Sequence record: PZ445535.1
DNA from: a phage
Direction: 5' to 3' (one strand)
DNA: 44,793 nucleotides
Part shown: positions 33,524-41,151 of the stretch, piece after piece
How the letters are laid out: each line of letters starts with the position of its first letter
Numbering within the stretch: position 1 is the first letter of the stretch
Translations under genes and position numbers: made by a program
The notes under the pieces: generated by a model
What the model was told of the DNA's origin: nothing
Database searches by the model: none
What the model saw: the letters and a program-made list of their open reading frames with translations, nothing else

Positions 33524-34946
33524 CGTTTAAATCCTCGTCGCTTGCTTCTTGCCATTCCGGGCGCGGGTCGTCAACTGGTGCCAGGACTGGTTTCGCAGGT
33601 GCACGCGTGATTTTATCTTGCAGCTTCGCCCACACTTTCGGTTTCTCATCCTTCAGCACCTTCTCCGCGTCGGTCGGACTGATTAATGATTCCTTGTACA
33701 TCAGGTCGCGCTTGATCCGGGCCGTGGAGAATACGGCGATGACCTCGCTTTCATCCTTCCACTTACGCGCACCTTCACGACCAGCTACCAGCTTCAGGCC
33801 CAGCGCTTCGCCATCACCGGCTAACACAGCTTTGAATACGGCAGCCTCGATCGCTTTGATGTGCTGGCGCATGGTTTCCAGACCGTCGTAAGCCTTTTTC
33901 AATTCTTCCGTGGTCATTGCACCGGCCGGCGCTTCTTTCTCGCCACGCTTCGCACGTCGGGCCGCTTTCCGGGCTTCGCGGGCCATGTTCCGGTCGTGGT
34001 TTTTGCATTCTTCCTCGGTGGCAATGCTTACATCGTCGCCCAGGTCTTCGTCGGTTGCCGTTGGTGGCGTCATTGTGTCGATGGCGGCTTTAGCGCGGGC
34101 GCTACATTGATCCGCAAATCGACACCACTGACACGCATCGGCGCTCGGACGGAAGTCTGCACGGGTGAGATTCTTCTTACCCTTAGCGAAGGCATCCAGG
34201 GCGGCTACTGCGCGTTTTGCTGCGTACTTGGCGAAGATTTCCAGTGCTTCCACCGAAATATCCCACTCCGACGCCCCGCCGCAATACGGCTGGAATATGA
34301 CCAGGCGCACGGTTGTTATGTCGTACATCTTTTGCAGCTTGCGCAGCAGTCCGAGCGCATACAGCATAAGCTGTTTGTTCTCTTTCGCCTCGACCTTATG
34401 GCGTCCGGTCTTCAGGTCGCCAACAATCAGCATGTACGTGCCGTCGGTCTTCTTCATGACCATAACCATATCGGCAGTACCGAAGGTTTTAATCACCTCG
34501 CCGTCAATCTCGTAGCCTTTGTGCAGGACGCGTGTCAGATCCGCGCGCATCTCAAGCTGCACAAACTCGGCAACTTCAAGCAGCGGTCGCCAGTGGTCGA
34601 TGTACGCGTCGCACTGTTTCACCATGTCGTCAGTTACCAGGATGGCGTCCTTAGGTGCTTTCGCTGCTGCTTTAACTGGGCCTTTACCCTGATTTTCGAC
34701 GTAACACCCTTTATAGGTCTTCGCCGTTATATGGTCTTCACCCGCGATAATGCGGTTTAGCACCACTTCAGATACGGTGTGCATACTCGTACCATTGATC
34801 GCGGCTTGCCCGGATTCGTTCGGAATACCTTTCTCCACCACCAGGGCGGCAGGACACCCCATCCATTTTTTAGCGCCGGATGGGCCGAGTAATGAGTGTT
34901 CTGTGTTACTGCCGGATTGCGTCTTGCGCTTCGCTTTGATAGCCAT
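33516..34946 (-). CDS. PD-(D/E)xK exonuclease, Cas4/RecB-like, with Cys cluster
   Basis: 476 aa; nuclease motifs ADMVMV...LIVGDLKTGRHK and QLMLYALG; four-Cys cluster C...CQWCRFADQC (Fe-S type); RBS GAGGG. Confidence 0.7.
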   Translation of the reverse strand: MAIKAKRKTQSGSNTEHSLLGPSGAKKWMGCPAALVVEKGIPNESGQAAINGTSMHTVSEVVLNRIIAGEDHITAKTYKGCYVENQGKGPVKAAAKAPKDAILVTDDMVKQCDAYIDHWRPLLEVAEFVQLEMRADLTRVLHKGYEIDGEVIKTFGTADMVMVMKKTDGTYMLIVGDLKTGRHKVEAKENKQLMLYALGLLRKLQKMYDITTVRLVIFQPYCGGASEWDISVEALEIFAKYAAKRAVAALDAFAKGKKNLTRADFRPSADACQWCRFADQCSARAKAAIDTMTPPTATDEDLGDDVSIATEEECKNHDRNMAREARKAARRAKRGEKEAPAGAMTTEELKKAYDGLETMRQHIKAIEAAVFKAVLAGDGEALGLKLVAGREGARKWKDESEVIAVFSTARIKRDLMYKESLISPTDAEKVLKDEKPKVWAKLQDKITRAPAKPVLAPVDDPRPEWQEASDEDLNDE

Positions 34947-35128
34947 TATTCGACCCTCGTAAACTGTACAATTACATATTTTCGAAAACTCTGAACGCCT
35001 GCCTTCTCAATGCGGCGCTTTAATTCTTGTTGTGCGTCGTGCCAGCATTTGGCGGCGTCGGTATTATCGACAATAAAGGATGTATGGTCGTTTGCTTCGT
35101 GGCATGTTGCCAGGACGAAAAATTTCAT
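34946..35128 (-). CDS. hypothetical protein
   Basis: 60 aa from ATG 35128 (MKFFVLATCHE...); RBS GGGAG 9 nt upstream; TAATG overlaps with neighbours. Confidence 0.4.
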   Translation of the reverse strand: MKFFVLATCHEANDHTSFIVDNTDAAKCWHDAQQELKRRIEKAGVQSFRKYVIVQFTRVE

Positions 35129-35379
35129 TATGGTGTCTCCCAACGGTCAATAGTTTTTGCTTCAGACCCCACTGCAAAGCGAACATATTCATGATTCGAG
35201 TCCGCCCATAAATAAAAGTCTGGATTAGCGAAGGTCGTGCGCTTAATTTGTGCCGGTGTTTCTCGCTTCTTACTAATTACGGCAACGCGGGATTGAAAGG
35301 GGCCGGTGCGCTCGAATAGCCAGTAGTACGGGCGCTGGTCGCGCGAGTCTACCGCTTCAATTAACGTGAATCGTGCCAT
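35128..35379 (-). CDS. hypothetical protein
   Basis: 83 aa (MARFTLIEAVD...); follows an intrinsic terminator; weak RBS. Confidence 0.4.
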   Translation of the reverse strand: MARFTLIEAVDSRDQRPYYWLFERTGPFQSRVAVISKKRETPAQIKRTTFANPDFYLWADSNHEYVRFAVGSEAKTIDRWETP

Positions 35380-35391
35380 TGTCTCGTCTCT

Positions 35392-35420
35392 TAAAAAGAG
35401 GCCCGCTATTCTGCGGGCCT
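35392..35420 (-). terminator. intrinsic terminator after small acidic ORF
   Basis: On minus strand AGGCCCGC-AGAATA-GCGGGCCT hairpin followed by CTTTTT. Confidence 0.6.
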
Positions 35421-35426
35421 GGATTA

Positions 35427-35552
35427 TTAGTCTTCGCCGCCCAGGTTTTCGTAGATCTCGTCCGGGTCGTCTCCGCGTTCTTCGCAGAATTTTTCAAATA
35501 GCGCCCAGTTTTCAGCTATGAAATCAAGCGCCATTCTCATATCGTAATCCAT
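35427..35552 (-). CDS. small acidic hypothetical protein
   Basis: 41-aa ORF MDYDMRMALDFIAENWALFEKFCEERGDDPDEIYENLGGED; RBS GGAAG 6 nt upstream; intrinsic terminator downstream; not in supplied track. Confidence 0.3.
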   Translation of the reverse strand: MDYDMRMALDFIAENWALFEKFCEERGDDPDEIYENLGGED

Positions 35553-35553
35553 A

Positions 35554-36060
35554 TTAGTCTTCCAGTTCGAAATAGGTTTCGACAATTTCTTTCAGTTCGG
35601 TGTGGAAGTCTTCAACGTCGTCATCTTCCAGCTTAGCCACAGTCTTGATTTCGAACGATTCCAGCAGGTCGTCAAATTCGTCGTTCGCGTCGTCATCGTC
35701 GCCGCCTGCAATGATCGCCGCGTATTGTGCAATTTCATCGCGCATTTCTTTCAGCGGGTCGGCGTCTTTCTTAGCCTTGCCTTTGCCCTTGCCTTTGGCT
35801 GGCTTTTCTTCCGGTTCGTCTTCGTCGTCGTCATCTTCTACGACTTCTTTTTTCGCCTTGCCCTTAGCCGTGGACTTCTTAGCAGGCTTCTTATCTTCCT
35901 GCTCTTCATCTTCGTCTTTGGCTTCTTCTTCTTTCTTAGCCTTAGACGGTTTCTTATCTTCCTGCTTACCAACGGCAGCGCCATGAGTTTCGTAATGTTT
36001 AGCGATGGTTTCCAGTGCTACTACGCCGCGAGTAATCAGATTCAGGATTTGCTCAAACAT
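35554..36060 (-). CDS. highly acidic / Lys-rich low-complexity protein (first early gene)
   Basis: 168 aa from ATG 36060; RBS GGAGA 6 nt upstream; about 45% D/E plus K-rich blocks; first ORF downstream of TTGACA...TATTAT promoter. Confidence 0.55.
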   Translation of the reverse strand: MFEQILNLITRGVVALETIAKHYETHGAAVGKQEDKKPSKAKKEEEAKDEDEEQEDKKPAKKSTAKGKAKKEVVEDDDDEDEPEEKPAKGKGKGKAKKDADPLKEMRDEIAQYAAIIAGGDDDDANDEFDDLLESFEIKTVAKLEDDDVEDFHTELKEIVETYFELED

Positions 36061-36107
36061 GGTATGTCTCCGTTTAGTTAAAAGTGAATGTCGTTTCGAC
36101 GAGGTGA

Positions 36108-36137
36108 ATAATAGATTGGTTGCAGTATGGGTGTCAA
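36108..36137 (-). promoter_or_regulatory. sigma70-like early promoter for minus-strand operon (TTGACA-N18-TATTAT)
   Basis: Minus strand: TTGACAcccatactgcaaccaatcTATTAT; about 40 nt upstream of acidic-protein RBS. Confidence 0.5.
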
Positions 36138-36147
36138 CAACTAATTT

Positions 36148-36184
36148 AAAAAAAAAAATCCCCGAAGCAAAACGCAACGGGGAT
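36148..36184 (-). terminator. intrinsic terminator in divergent promoter region
   Basis: On minus strand TCCCCG-13 nt loop-CGGGGA hairpin followed by a run of 11 T. Confidence 0.6.
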
Positions 36185-36206
36185 AACCATAAGAGACAAT
36201 GAGACT
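36148..36206 (-). ncRNA. candidate short terminated transcript (sRNA-like) between divergent early promoters
   Basis: Predicted start about 7 nt downstream of extended -10 at 36213-36221; canonical hairpin + U11 terminator at 36148-36184; no convincing ORF. Confidence 0.2.
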
Positions 36207-36212
36207 GTTTTT

Positions 36213-36241
36213 ATTATTACACGCGCGCGCGCCCGTTTCAA
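36213..36241 (-). promoter_or_regulatory. candidate promoter with extended -10 (TTGAAA-N17-TGtAATAAT) feeding the terminator at 36148-36184
   Basis: Minus strand: TTGAAAcgggcgcgcgcgcgTGtAATAAT; spacer includes a (CG)5 tract. Confidence 0.3.
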
Positions 36242-36253
36242 TATACAAAACAG

Positions 36254-36282
36254 TTGACACCGGTTTAATTTGGGTGTAGTTT
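36254..36282 (+). promoter_or_regulatory. sigma70-like promoter for HTH/primase operon (TTGACA-N17-TAGTTT)
   Basis: TTGACA at 36254-36259, TAGTTT at 36277-36282; spacer holds inverted repeat ACACC...GGTGT. Confidence 0.45.
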
Positions 36283-36313
36283 CTTTGGTCATTAACCAAC
36301 AGGAGGCTGAATT

Positions 36314-36643
36314 ATGAATATCAACGAAGCAATTGAAGTGTTATCTAATGCAATCCGCGGCGAGTCTGGTAAATCCTGGTATTACACAAATGCGGTGGAT
36401 ACTCTGTTATTTGAAGTGTCCAGATTATCGCGTGCCGAGAAAGAGCTTACCGCCAAACTTGAATTGCTGAACGGTACGGCAGCGAGCAAGCTGCAAAAGC
36501 ATAACGAAGAAATGGAAGAATACAAAAAGCAGGTTATCAGACTGCGCGAAGAGGGTAAGTCCTGGGCGATGATTGCCGAGTTAACAGGCATTAACCAGAG
36601 CACGGTGCGATCCTGGGTACGCAATACTAAAACCGCTAAGTAA
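36314..36643 (+). CDS. helix-turn-helix DNA-binding protein (putative regulator)
   Basis: 109 aa; C-terminal HTH-like SWAMIAELTGINQSTVRSWV; RBS AGGAGG; first gene of divergent plus-strand operon. Confidence 0.55.
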   Translation: MNINEAIEVLSNAIRGESGKSWYYTNAVDTLLFEVSRLSRAEKELTAKLELLNGTAASKLQKHNEEMEEYKKQVIRLREEGKSWAMIAELTGINQSTVRSWVRNTKTAK

Positions 36644-36652
36644 GGGATTGAG

Positions 36653-38920
36653 ATGATGAGAAATATAGAATTTGCGATCACACCTCCCGCAAAGAAAGGT
36701 GAATCAGCGGTAGCCCATAACCAATCCATGACTACCGCCGAGTTTTTCGAGTTTATGCTGGATGCGCCGGTGGTGTCGTCAGTTTGCATTAACGGCACTG
36801 AAGATAAGAAAGAATACGCCCGTCGTAAGCGTAAAGGCGACGGTATTGTGGCGACCACCGCCGACGGTACGCGTAAGAAGACCGGCGTTGTTGACCGTTC
36901 GATCCTGTTCTTTGACCTGGACCGCGCCGACAACCGCACACTTACCCGCTGCCGTAGGGCTTTTCGCAAGTCCGGGCTGGAGTATGTCTATCACACCACC
37001 ACCGGCGACCGCCACCCGTTGAAAGACGGCAAACGTTGCGCCCGTTTCCTTGTGCTGACAAACAAACCAGTTCCGGCTGAAGACCTGGGCCGCGCGCAGG
37101 CTGCACTGCTCGAACAACTGGGCCTTACAGACGCGGGCTTTGATGACTGTTCGAAAGACACAAACCGTCTTATGTACTTGCCACACCAGCAGGCTAAGGT
37201 CGAATGCCATGAAGGTAAACGCGCTAACGTGCGTCGTCTGCTTCGCCGGGCTGACCGGATGGGTATTGAGCAGGAGACGTTTCGCCGTGAACTGGCGCAG
37301 GGCGACGACGAGCAGATGAACGGAATCCTCGACTGGTGTTTCCAGGCTGGCTTTGAGCCGTTGCCATCCGGGCGCGGTTATGAAGTGCCGTGCCCGAACG
37401 AACATCTGCACTCTGGCGAAGGGTCAACCGCTATCATGCTTAAGGATGGCGAGATCCGTTTCAAATGTATGCACACCGGCAACGGTTGCTGTTCGGAACT
37501 GAACAAACACCAGCACCTGGCGCTACGCATGATTGGCATCCCGGATATTTATAACGTGGAACCGCACAACATGTCACGCAAACAGATCTCGGCTATCCTG
37601 CCAGGTCTGGACGATGAAGAAGTGGACGCGCAGTATGAGCACATGGTCGATCTGGTAGGTGAGGGTGAGGATTATGCTTCCTGTACCGACGCAGACCTGG
37701 AAGACGAACCGACGGCGCTGTTCTCTAAGCACGACCCGATCATCGAAGGTCTGATTAACTTCAAATCGACCTGGTACGCAGCGGGCGAGTCGAACATTGG
37801 TAAGTCCTTCTTTGTCCTGGGTCAGATGGCTGCCGTTGCCGCTGGCATTCCGTTCGGCGGCGCGAAGGTCGTCCAGTCACATTGCTTCTATTTCGATGCG
37901 GAAGGTGGCGAGGCGTCACACCAGCGTAAAGAGGCACTGCAGATTAAATATGAGCACGACCTGGATAAGCTGCACATTATCGACCTTCAGGCCCGCGGCT
38001 GGGATATTACGAGCAAATCCGGCCTGCGTGAAGTCATCAGCTTTATCAACCGCACCGCGGATGGTGAACCGGTCGGCCTGGTGGCATTCGACTCCCTTAA
38101 CCAGACAGTGGCCCTGCGATCTGCTGACGCCAAACCGTTCGATGAGAACAACGCAAGCGATATGGGTGAGATTGTCAAAGCGCTGAAGGCCATTGCGGAA
38201 AACACAGGCGGCAGTGCGGGCGTCATCCACCACCCGGCTAAGGGTGCAAACGGCAGCAGATCCCCGCGGGGGTCCGGTGCGCTACATGGCGCGGTGGATT
38301 CTGCATTCTTCCTGGAACAGCCAGACGAGAATCAGCCGGGCCAGCTAAACCTGTACCACGAAAAAGCACGTAACGGCGTCAAACAGGGTCCGCGCGGCTT
38401 CGTGCTACTGAAGTGCAAAGTATCCATTAACGAGCGCAAGTCTGACTCGTTCGAAGCGCACCAGTCCACTAACCCCGGACCGGACTTCGGCGATGTAGTT
38501 GCCGGATGGGACGTCAAGCCAATCCAGGCCACGCCGCGCGACGAGACTCTGTACCTCGTACCGGTAGCGCTGACCCCGTTCGCTATTGAACAGGCTAAGG
38601 CGGCAGGCAAGCAGGCTGTTAAGGATGAGAACACCGCAGGCCCGCGCAATGAAAAAGAGAAAGTGCTGTACGCAGCGCTCGAAGCGTTGATGGAAGAGAA
38701 TCCGGGCCACCACGGCTTCAGCAAATCGGCAATCGTCCGCAAAGCTGGGCTGGCGAAAGGCGGCACTTCGACGAAGCCAATCGACGATATGCGCGAGCGC
38801 GGAATCATCGGCTTTTACAAAGACCCGGACACCGGGGCCATTTACGGGTCGTCGAATCTGGTTATCAATTCACAAATATCTATGCAATTGACGGCGACGG
38901 ACGACGACCTTAAAGATTAA
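36653..38920 (+). CDS. DNA primase-helicase (AEP-like N-terminal domain, zinc motif, RecA-fold ATPase)
   Basis: 755 aa; N-terminal FFDLDRAD / HTTTGDRHPL acidic motifs; Cys/His cluster CPNEHLH...CMHTGNGCC; Walker A AGESNIGKS and Walker B LVAFDSL. Confidence 0.65.
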   Translation: MMRNIEFAITPPAKKGESAVAHNQSMTTAEFFEFMLDAPVVSSVCINGTEDKKEYARRKRKGDGIVATTADGTRKKTGVVDRSILFFDLDRADNRTLTRCRRAFRKSGLEYVYHTTTGDRHPLKDGKRCARFLVLTNKPVPAEDLGRAQAALLEQLGLTDAGFDDCSKDTNRLMYLPHQQAKVECHEGKRANVRRLLRRADRMGIEQETFRRELAQGDDEQMNGILDWCFQAGFEPLPSGRGYEVPCPNEHLHSGEGSTAIMLKDGEIRFKCMHTGNGCCSELNKHQHLALRMIGIPDIYNVEPHNMSRKQISAILPGLDDEEVDAQYEHMVDLVGEGEDYASCTDADLEDEPTALFSKHDPIIEGLINFKSTWYAAGESNIGKSFFVLGQMAAVAAGIPFGGAKVVQSHCFYFDAEGGEASHQRKEALQIKYEHDLDKLHIIDLQARGWDITSKSGLREVISFINRTADGEPVGLVAFDSLNQTVALRSADAKPFDENNASDMGEIVKALKAIAENTGGSAGVIHHPAKGANGSRSPRGSGALHGAVDSAFFLEQPDENQPGQLNLYHEKARNGVKQGPRGFVLLKCKVSINERKSDSFEAHQSTNPGPDFGDVVAGWDVKPIQATPRDETLYLVPVALTPFAIEQAKAAGKQAVKDENTAGPRNEKEKVLYAALEALMEENPGHHGFSKSAIVRKAGLAKGGTSTKPIDDMRERGIIGFYKDPDTGAIYGSSNLVINSQISMQLTATDDDLKD

Positions 38921-39030
38921 AATTTGCGCGCATTGGTTGCCGATATGGGAATTCCCATATCGCTAAAAGATTAAATTCTGCGCGCATTGGTTGCCAGATT
39001 GAGCATTAAATCTATATCGCATTGGTTGCC
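38912..39030. repeat. three direct repeats containing GCGCATTGGTTGCC plus perfect 22-bp palindrome
   Basis: 30-bp repeats at 38912-38941 and 38966-38995 (54-bp period), partial third at 39018-39030; palindrome CGATATGGGAATTCCCATATCG at 38941-38962. Confidence 0.75.
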
Positions 39031-39068
39031 GTGTAGTGCTAAATAAGTGAATAGTTATGCAAAATAAG

Positions 39069-39240
39069 TGCATAAAACAAACGGGACAAAAACGGGACAA
39101 ACTACAAGCGGGACAAAACGGGACGTCCCGCCGTCCCCGTCAGGCGTGGTGCGGATTTGAGGCGAACGGGACAAGCGGGACAGACCACAGTCTTTCAGAC
39201 TAGACGGGGGGTATTGTCCCCCCTCCGTCTGAGACTGCAT
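39069..39240. repeat. iteron-rich element B (second copy of element A core)
   Basis: 32-mer GTGCATAAAACAAACGGGACAAAAACGGGACA identical to 11018-11049; GGGACGTCCCGCCGTCCC; CGGGACAAGCGGGACA; G6/C6 inverted repeat at 39188-39237. Confidence 0.8.
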
Positions 39241-39396
39241 AAAATCTCTGGTTGCATAATCAACGGCAGCATAGTGAAAATTGCGGCGGGGGTAGATCTC
39301 GGCAACCAATGCATGTTGGATAATGGAGAGTGAAAAATGCAGTTTGCAATTGCAACTCATAGCGATCAGCATTTCCATGCGCGTGATTGATATTGG

Positions 39397-39425
39397 TTGC
39401 ATTCAGCCTGGCACCTTGCTATATT
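39397..39425 (+). promoter_or_regulatory. sigma70-like promoter (TTGCAT-N17-TATATT) for early genes at 39454+
   Basis: attggTTGCATtcagcctggcaccttgcTATATTggttgcacaccaac; shares a 20-nt block with the promoter at 5248-5276. Confidence 0.5.
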
Positions 39426-39453
39426 GGTTGCACACCAACATGAGGACTGAACG

Positions 39454-39759
39454 ATGAGAGCATTAATCTGGAGTTACACATCAGCGGTCGCAGCGCTCTA
39501 TGAAGCGAAGCACACAAACGGCAACGCCGACCACGCACGCCAGGCTGTCATGTTCGCGCAGCAGGCAATCTTTGCAGCGTTCGACAACATGGACGCCAGC
39601 CTGGATGAACTGGAACCATTGCGTGTGGCAATCTGCGAGTATGCGATGAAATTCGCCCGTGAGCGTCTTGCTTACCGGTTTGGCATCGGCGAAACGGCGA
39701 CGGCTAACATCGCCCGCATTCAGGCCCAGCGTGAGCTACACGCCTTACTTGCGAAATAA
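39454..39759 (+). CDS. hypothetical early protein
   Basis: 101 aa; RBS GAGGA; first gene after promoter TTGCAT-N17-TATATT. Confidence 0.5.
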   Translation: MRALIWSYTSAVAALYEAKHTNGNADHARQAVMFAQQAIFAAFDNMDASLDELEPLRVAICEYAMKFARERLAYRFGIGETATANIARIQAQRELHALLAK

Positions 39760-39768
39760 GGGGCTAAA

Positions 39769-40044
39769 ATGGCATGTAGACGCGCTAAATGGCTATCCTG
39801 GTATATCCCCCTGCATTGCATACGAATATGGGCACAGAATGCGATTGATGGCGATTCTGTGTTCTGGAGCTATCGGGATGACGTCAAGCCGCTGACGCAG
39901 ACCAAAATGCTGCACCAGTTCATGAACGAACACGGGCTACCGGTGAAAACATCATTGCAACCAATGGGGATTCGTATTACATTACGCCGGAAGCCCGCCG
40001 TTGAGCGGGTAGGCAAACACTGGAGACTGCGCAAATGTTCTTAG
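39769..40044 (+). CDS. hypothetical early protein
   Basis: 91 aa; RBS AAGGGG 5 nt upstream. Confidence 0.5.
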   Translation: MACRRAKWLSWYIPLHCIRIWAQNAIDGDSVFWSYRDDVKPLTQTKMLHQFMNEHGLPVKTSLQPMGIRITLRRKPAVERVGKHWRLRKCS

Positions 40045-40169
40045 ACGGAATATCGCAGGCGTTTATCGACCTGCATATGTGCGTACTTGACTACGAACAA
40101 AACGGCATCGCTACGGTATGCGATGGCGACACAAAATCAATTGACGAGATCGAGGAGACAGAACAATGA
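40035..40169 (+). CDS. small hypothetical protein
   Basis: 44-aa ORF with RBS GGAG 9 nt upstream; overlaps neighbours at both ends (ATGA at 3' end); not in supplied track. Confidence 0.3.
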   Translation: MFLDGISQAFIDLHMCVLDYEQNGIATVCDGDTKSIDEIEETEQ

Positions 40170-40723
40170 AATTACTATTCCGCCGTAAGCATGACGGTCG
40201 CATCTTGAAGCTGATCCAGACCCTGGATTCCTACGTCCACTTGCGCCACGCGGCAAGCGATAGAGTATTCCGCGCGCAGAAGACCACGTTGCCGCAGTTC
40301 TTCGAAGTCCTCTCTCATGATATTGAGCGCGGCGATGTGCTGCGGGATATTCGCGATGGGCAATTGTGGGTCGTGGAGTGTGCGGGATTTAATAACCTTC
40401 GTATACAGACACGCATGGGTGGCGTATCGGGCAACATGATTAGGGGAATGACGTACTTCGGGCTAATCCACTACGAGCGCGTGGGGCGTAACTATAAACT
40501 TAAGCGCCCTGGTGTAGTGGCGAAAGAGATCACCCGTACGGAACACCCATATACCAAATACGACGAGCGCAAGGTGCGCGAGCATATCGACAACGCCAGA
40601 GCACAGGCTGCCGCTATGATTCGGGCTGGCAACGATGCCAAACGATTTGGGATTGGTGTTCTTCTGGTCTACCCCGACGGCAGCATGAAGTCTACCGATC
40701 CGCGCGGGGTCATTCTGAAATGA
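40166..40723 (+). CDS. hypothetical early protein
   Basis: 185 aa; RBS GAGGAG 8 nt upstream. Confidence 0.5.
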   Translation: MKLLFRRKHDGRILKLIQTLDSYVHLRHAASDRVFRAQKTTLPQFFEVLSHDIERGDVLRDIRDGQLWVVECAGFNNLRIQTRMGGVSGNMIRGMTYFGLIHYERVGRNYKLKRPGVVAKEITRTEHPYTKYDERKVREHIDNARAQAAAMIRAGNDAKRFGIGVLLVYPDGSMKSTDPRGVILK

Positions 40724-40860
40724 GCGCCGTGATTCGTGATGTGCTAATGCATAACCGCTTTGAGATTGGCGGTCGTGTATTCCGTAACTACTTCGTTGCG
40801 CGCGCCTGGGCGCGCCATATTGGAAAACCGGAGAGTGAAATAAAATGCTATACGATGTGA
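40720..40860 (+). CDS. small hypothetical protein
   Basis: 46-aa ORF with ATGA overlap to upstream gene; no clear RBS; overlaps start of next gene. Confidence 0.2.
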   Translation: MSAVIRDVLMHNRFEIGGRVFRNYFVARAWARHIGKPESEIKCYTM

Positions 40861-41132
40861 TATTTTGGTTTGGTTTATTCTGCGCAATCTTGCTGGTTGG
40901 CGCTGTTACTCTGGTGATTGCAGTCTGGTTTATATGGCCTGCCGTCGAGGCTGTGAGCATTACGCGCATGACCTTTGCCTACTATAAAAAACAAGGAATC
41001 ACGGAACACTCCAGTCGGCTTAAGGTGTGGTGGCTGTGGTATCGAGATATGCTAGGAGGAAGGCGATTTGAAGCAATGCGGTCGCACGGCTGGGAGTGGA
41101 AAGGCGTAGGACGCTGGTCAATTTCAGAATAA
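40845..41132 (+). CDS. membrane protein
   Basis: 95 aa; two hydrophobic segments (FWFGLFCAILLVGAVTLVIAVWFIW); RBS GGAGAG 9 nt upstream; intrinsic terminator follows. Confidence 0.5.
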   Translation: MLYDVIFWFGLFCAILLVGAVTLVIAVWFIWPAVEAVSITRMTFAYYKKQGITEHSSRLKVWWLWYRDMLGGRRFEAMRSHGWEWKGVGRWSISE

Positions 41133-41151
41133 TTATGCAGTCGTGATATAG

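Noticed and set aside
33861-34760. 299-aa plus-strand ORF overlapping the exonuclease gene
   Set aside because: It is antisense to a gene with clear PD-(D/E)xK and Cys-cluster motifs and has no RBS or promoter.
35600-36081. Plus-strand ORFs (128 and 159 aa) opposite the acidic early gene
   Set aside because: They are low-complexity Ser/Phe-rich antisense translations of the acidic repeat region; no RBS; the minus-strand gene has a promoter and RBS.
36779-37411. 210-aa minus-strand ORF inside primase-helicase gene
   Set aside because: Antisense to a gene with Walker motifs; no translation signals.
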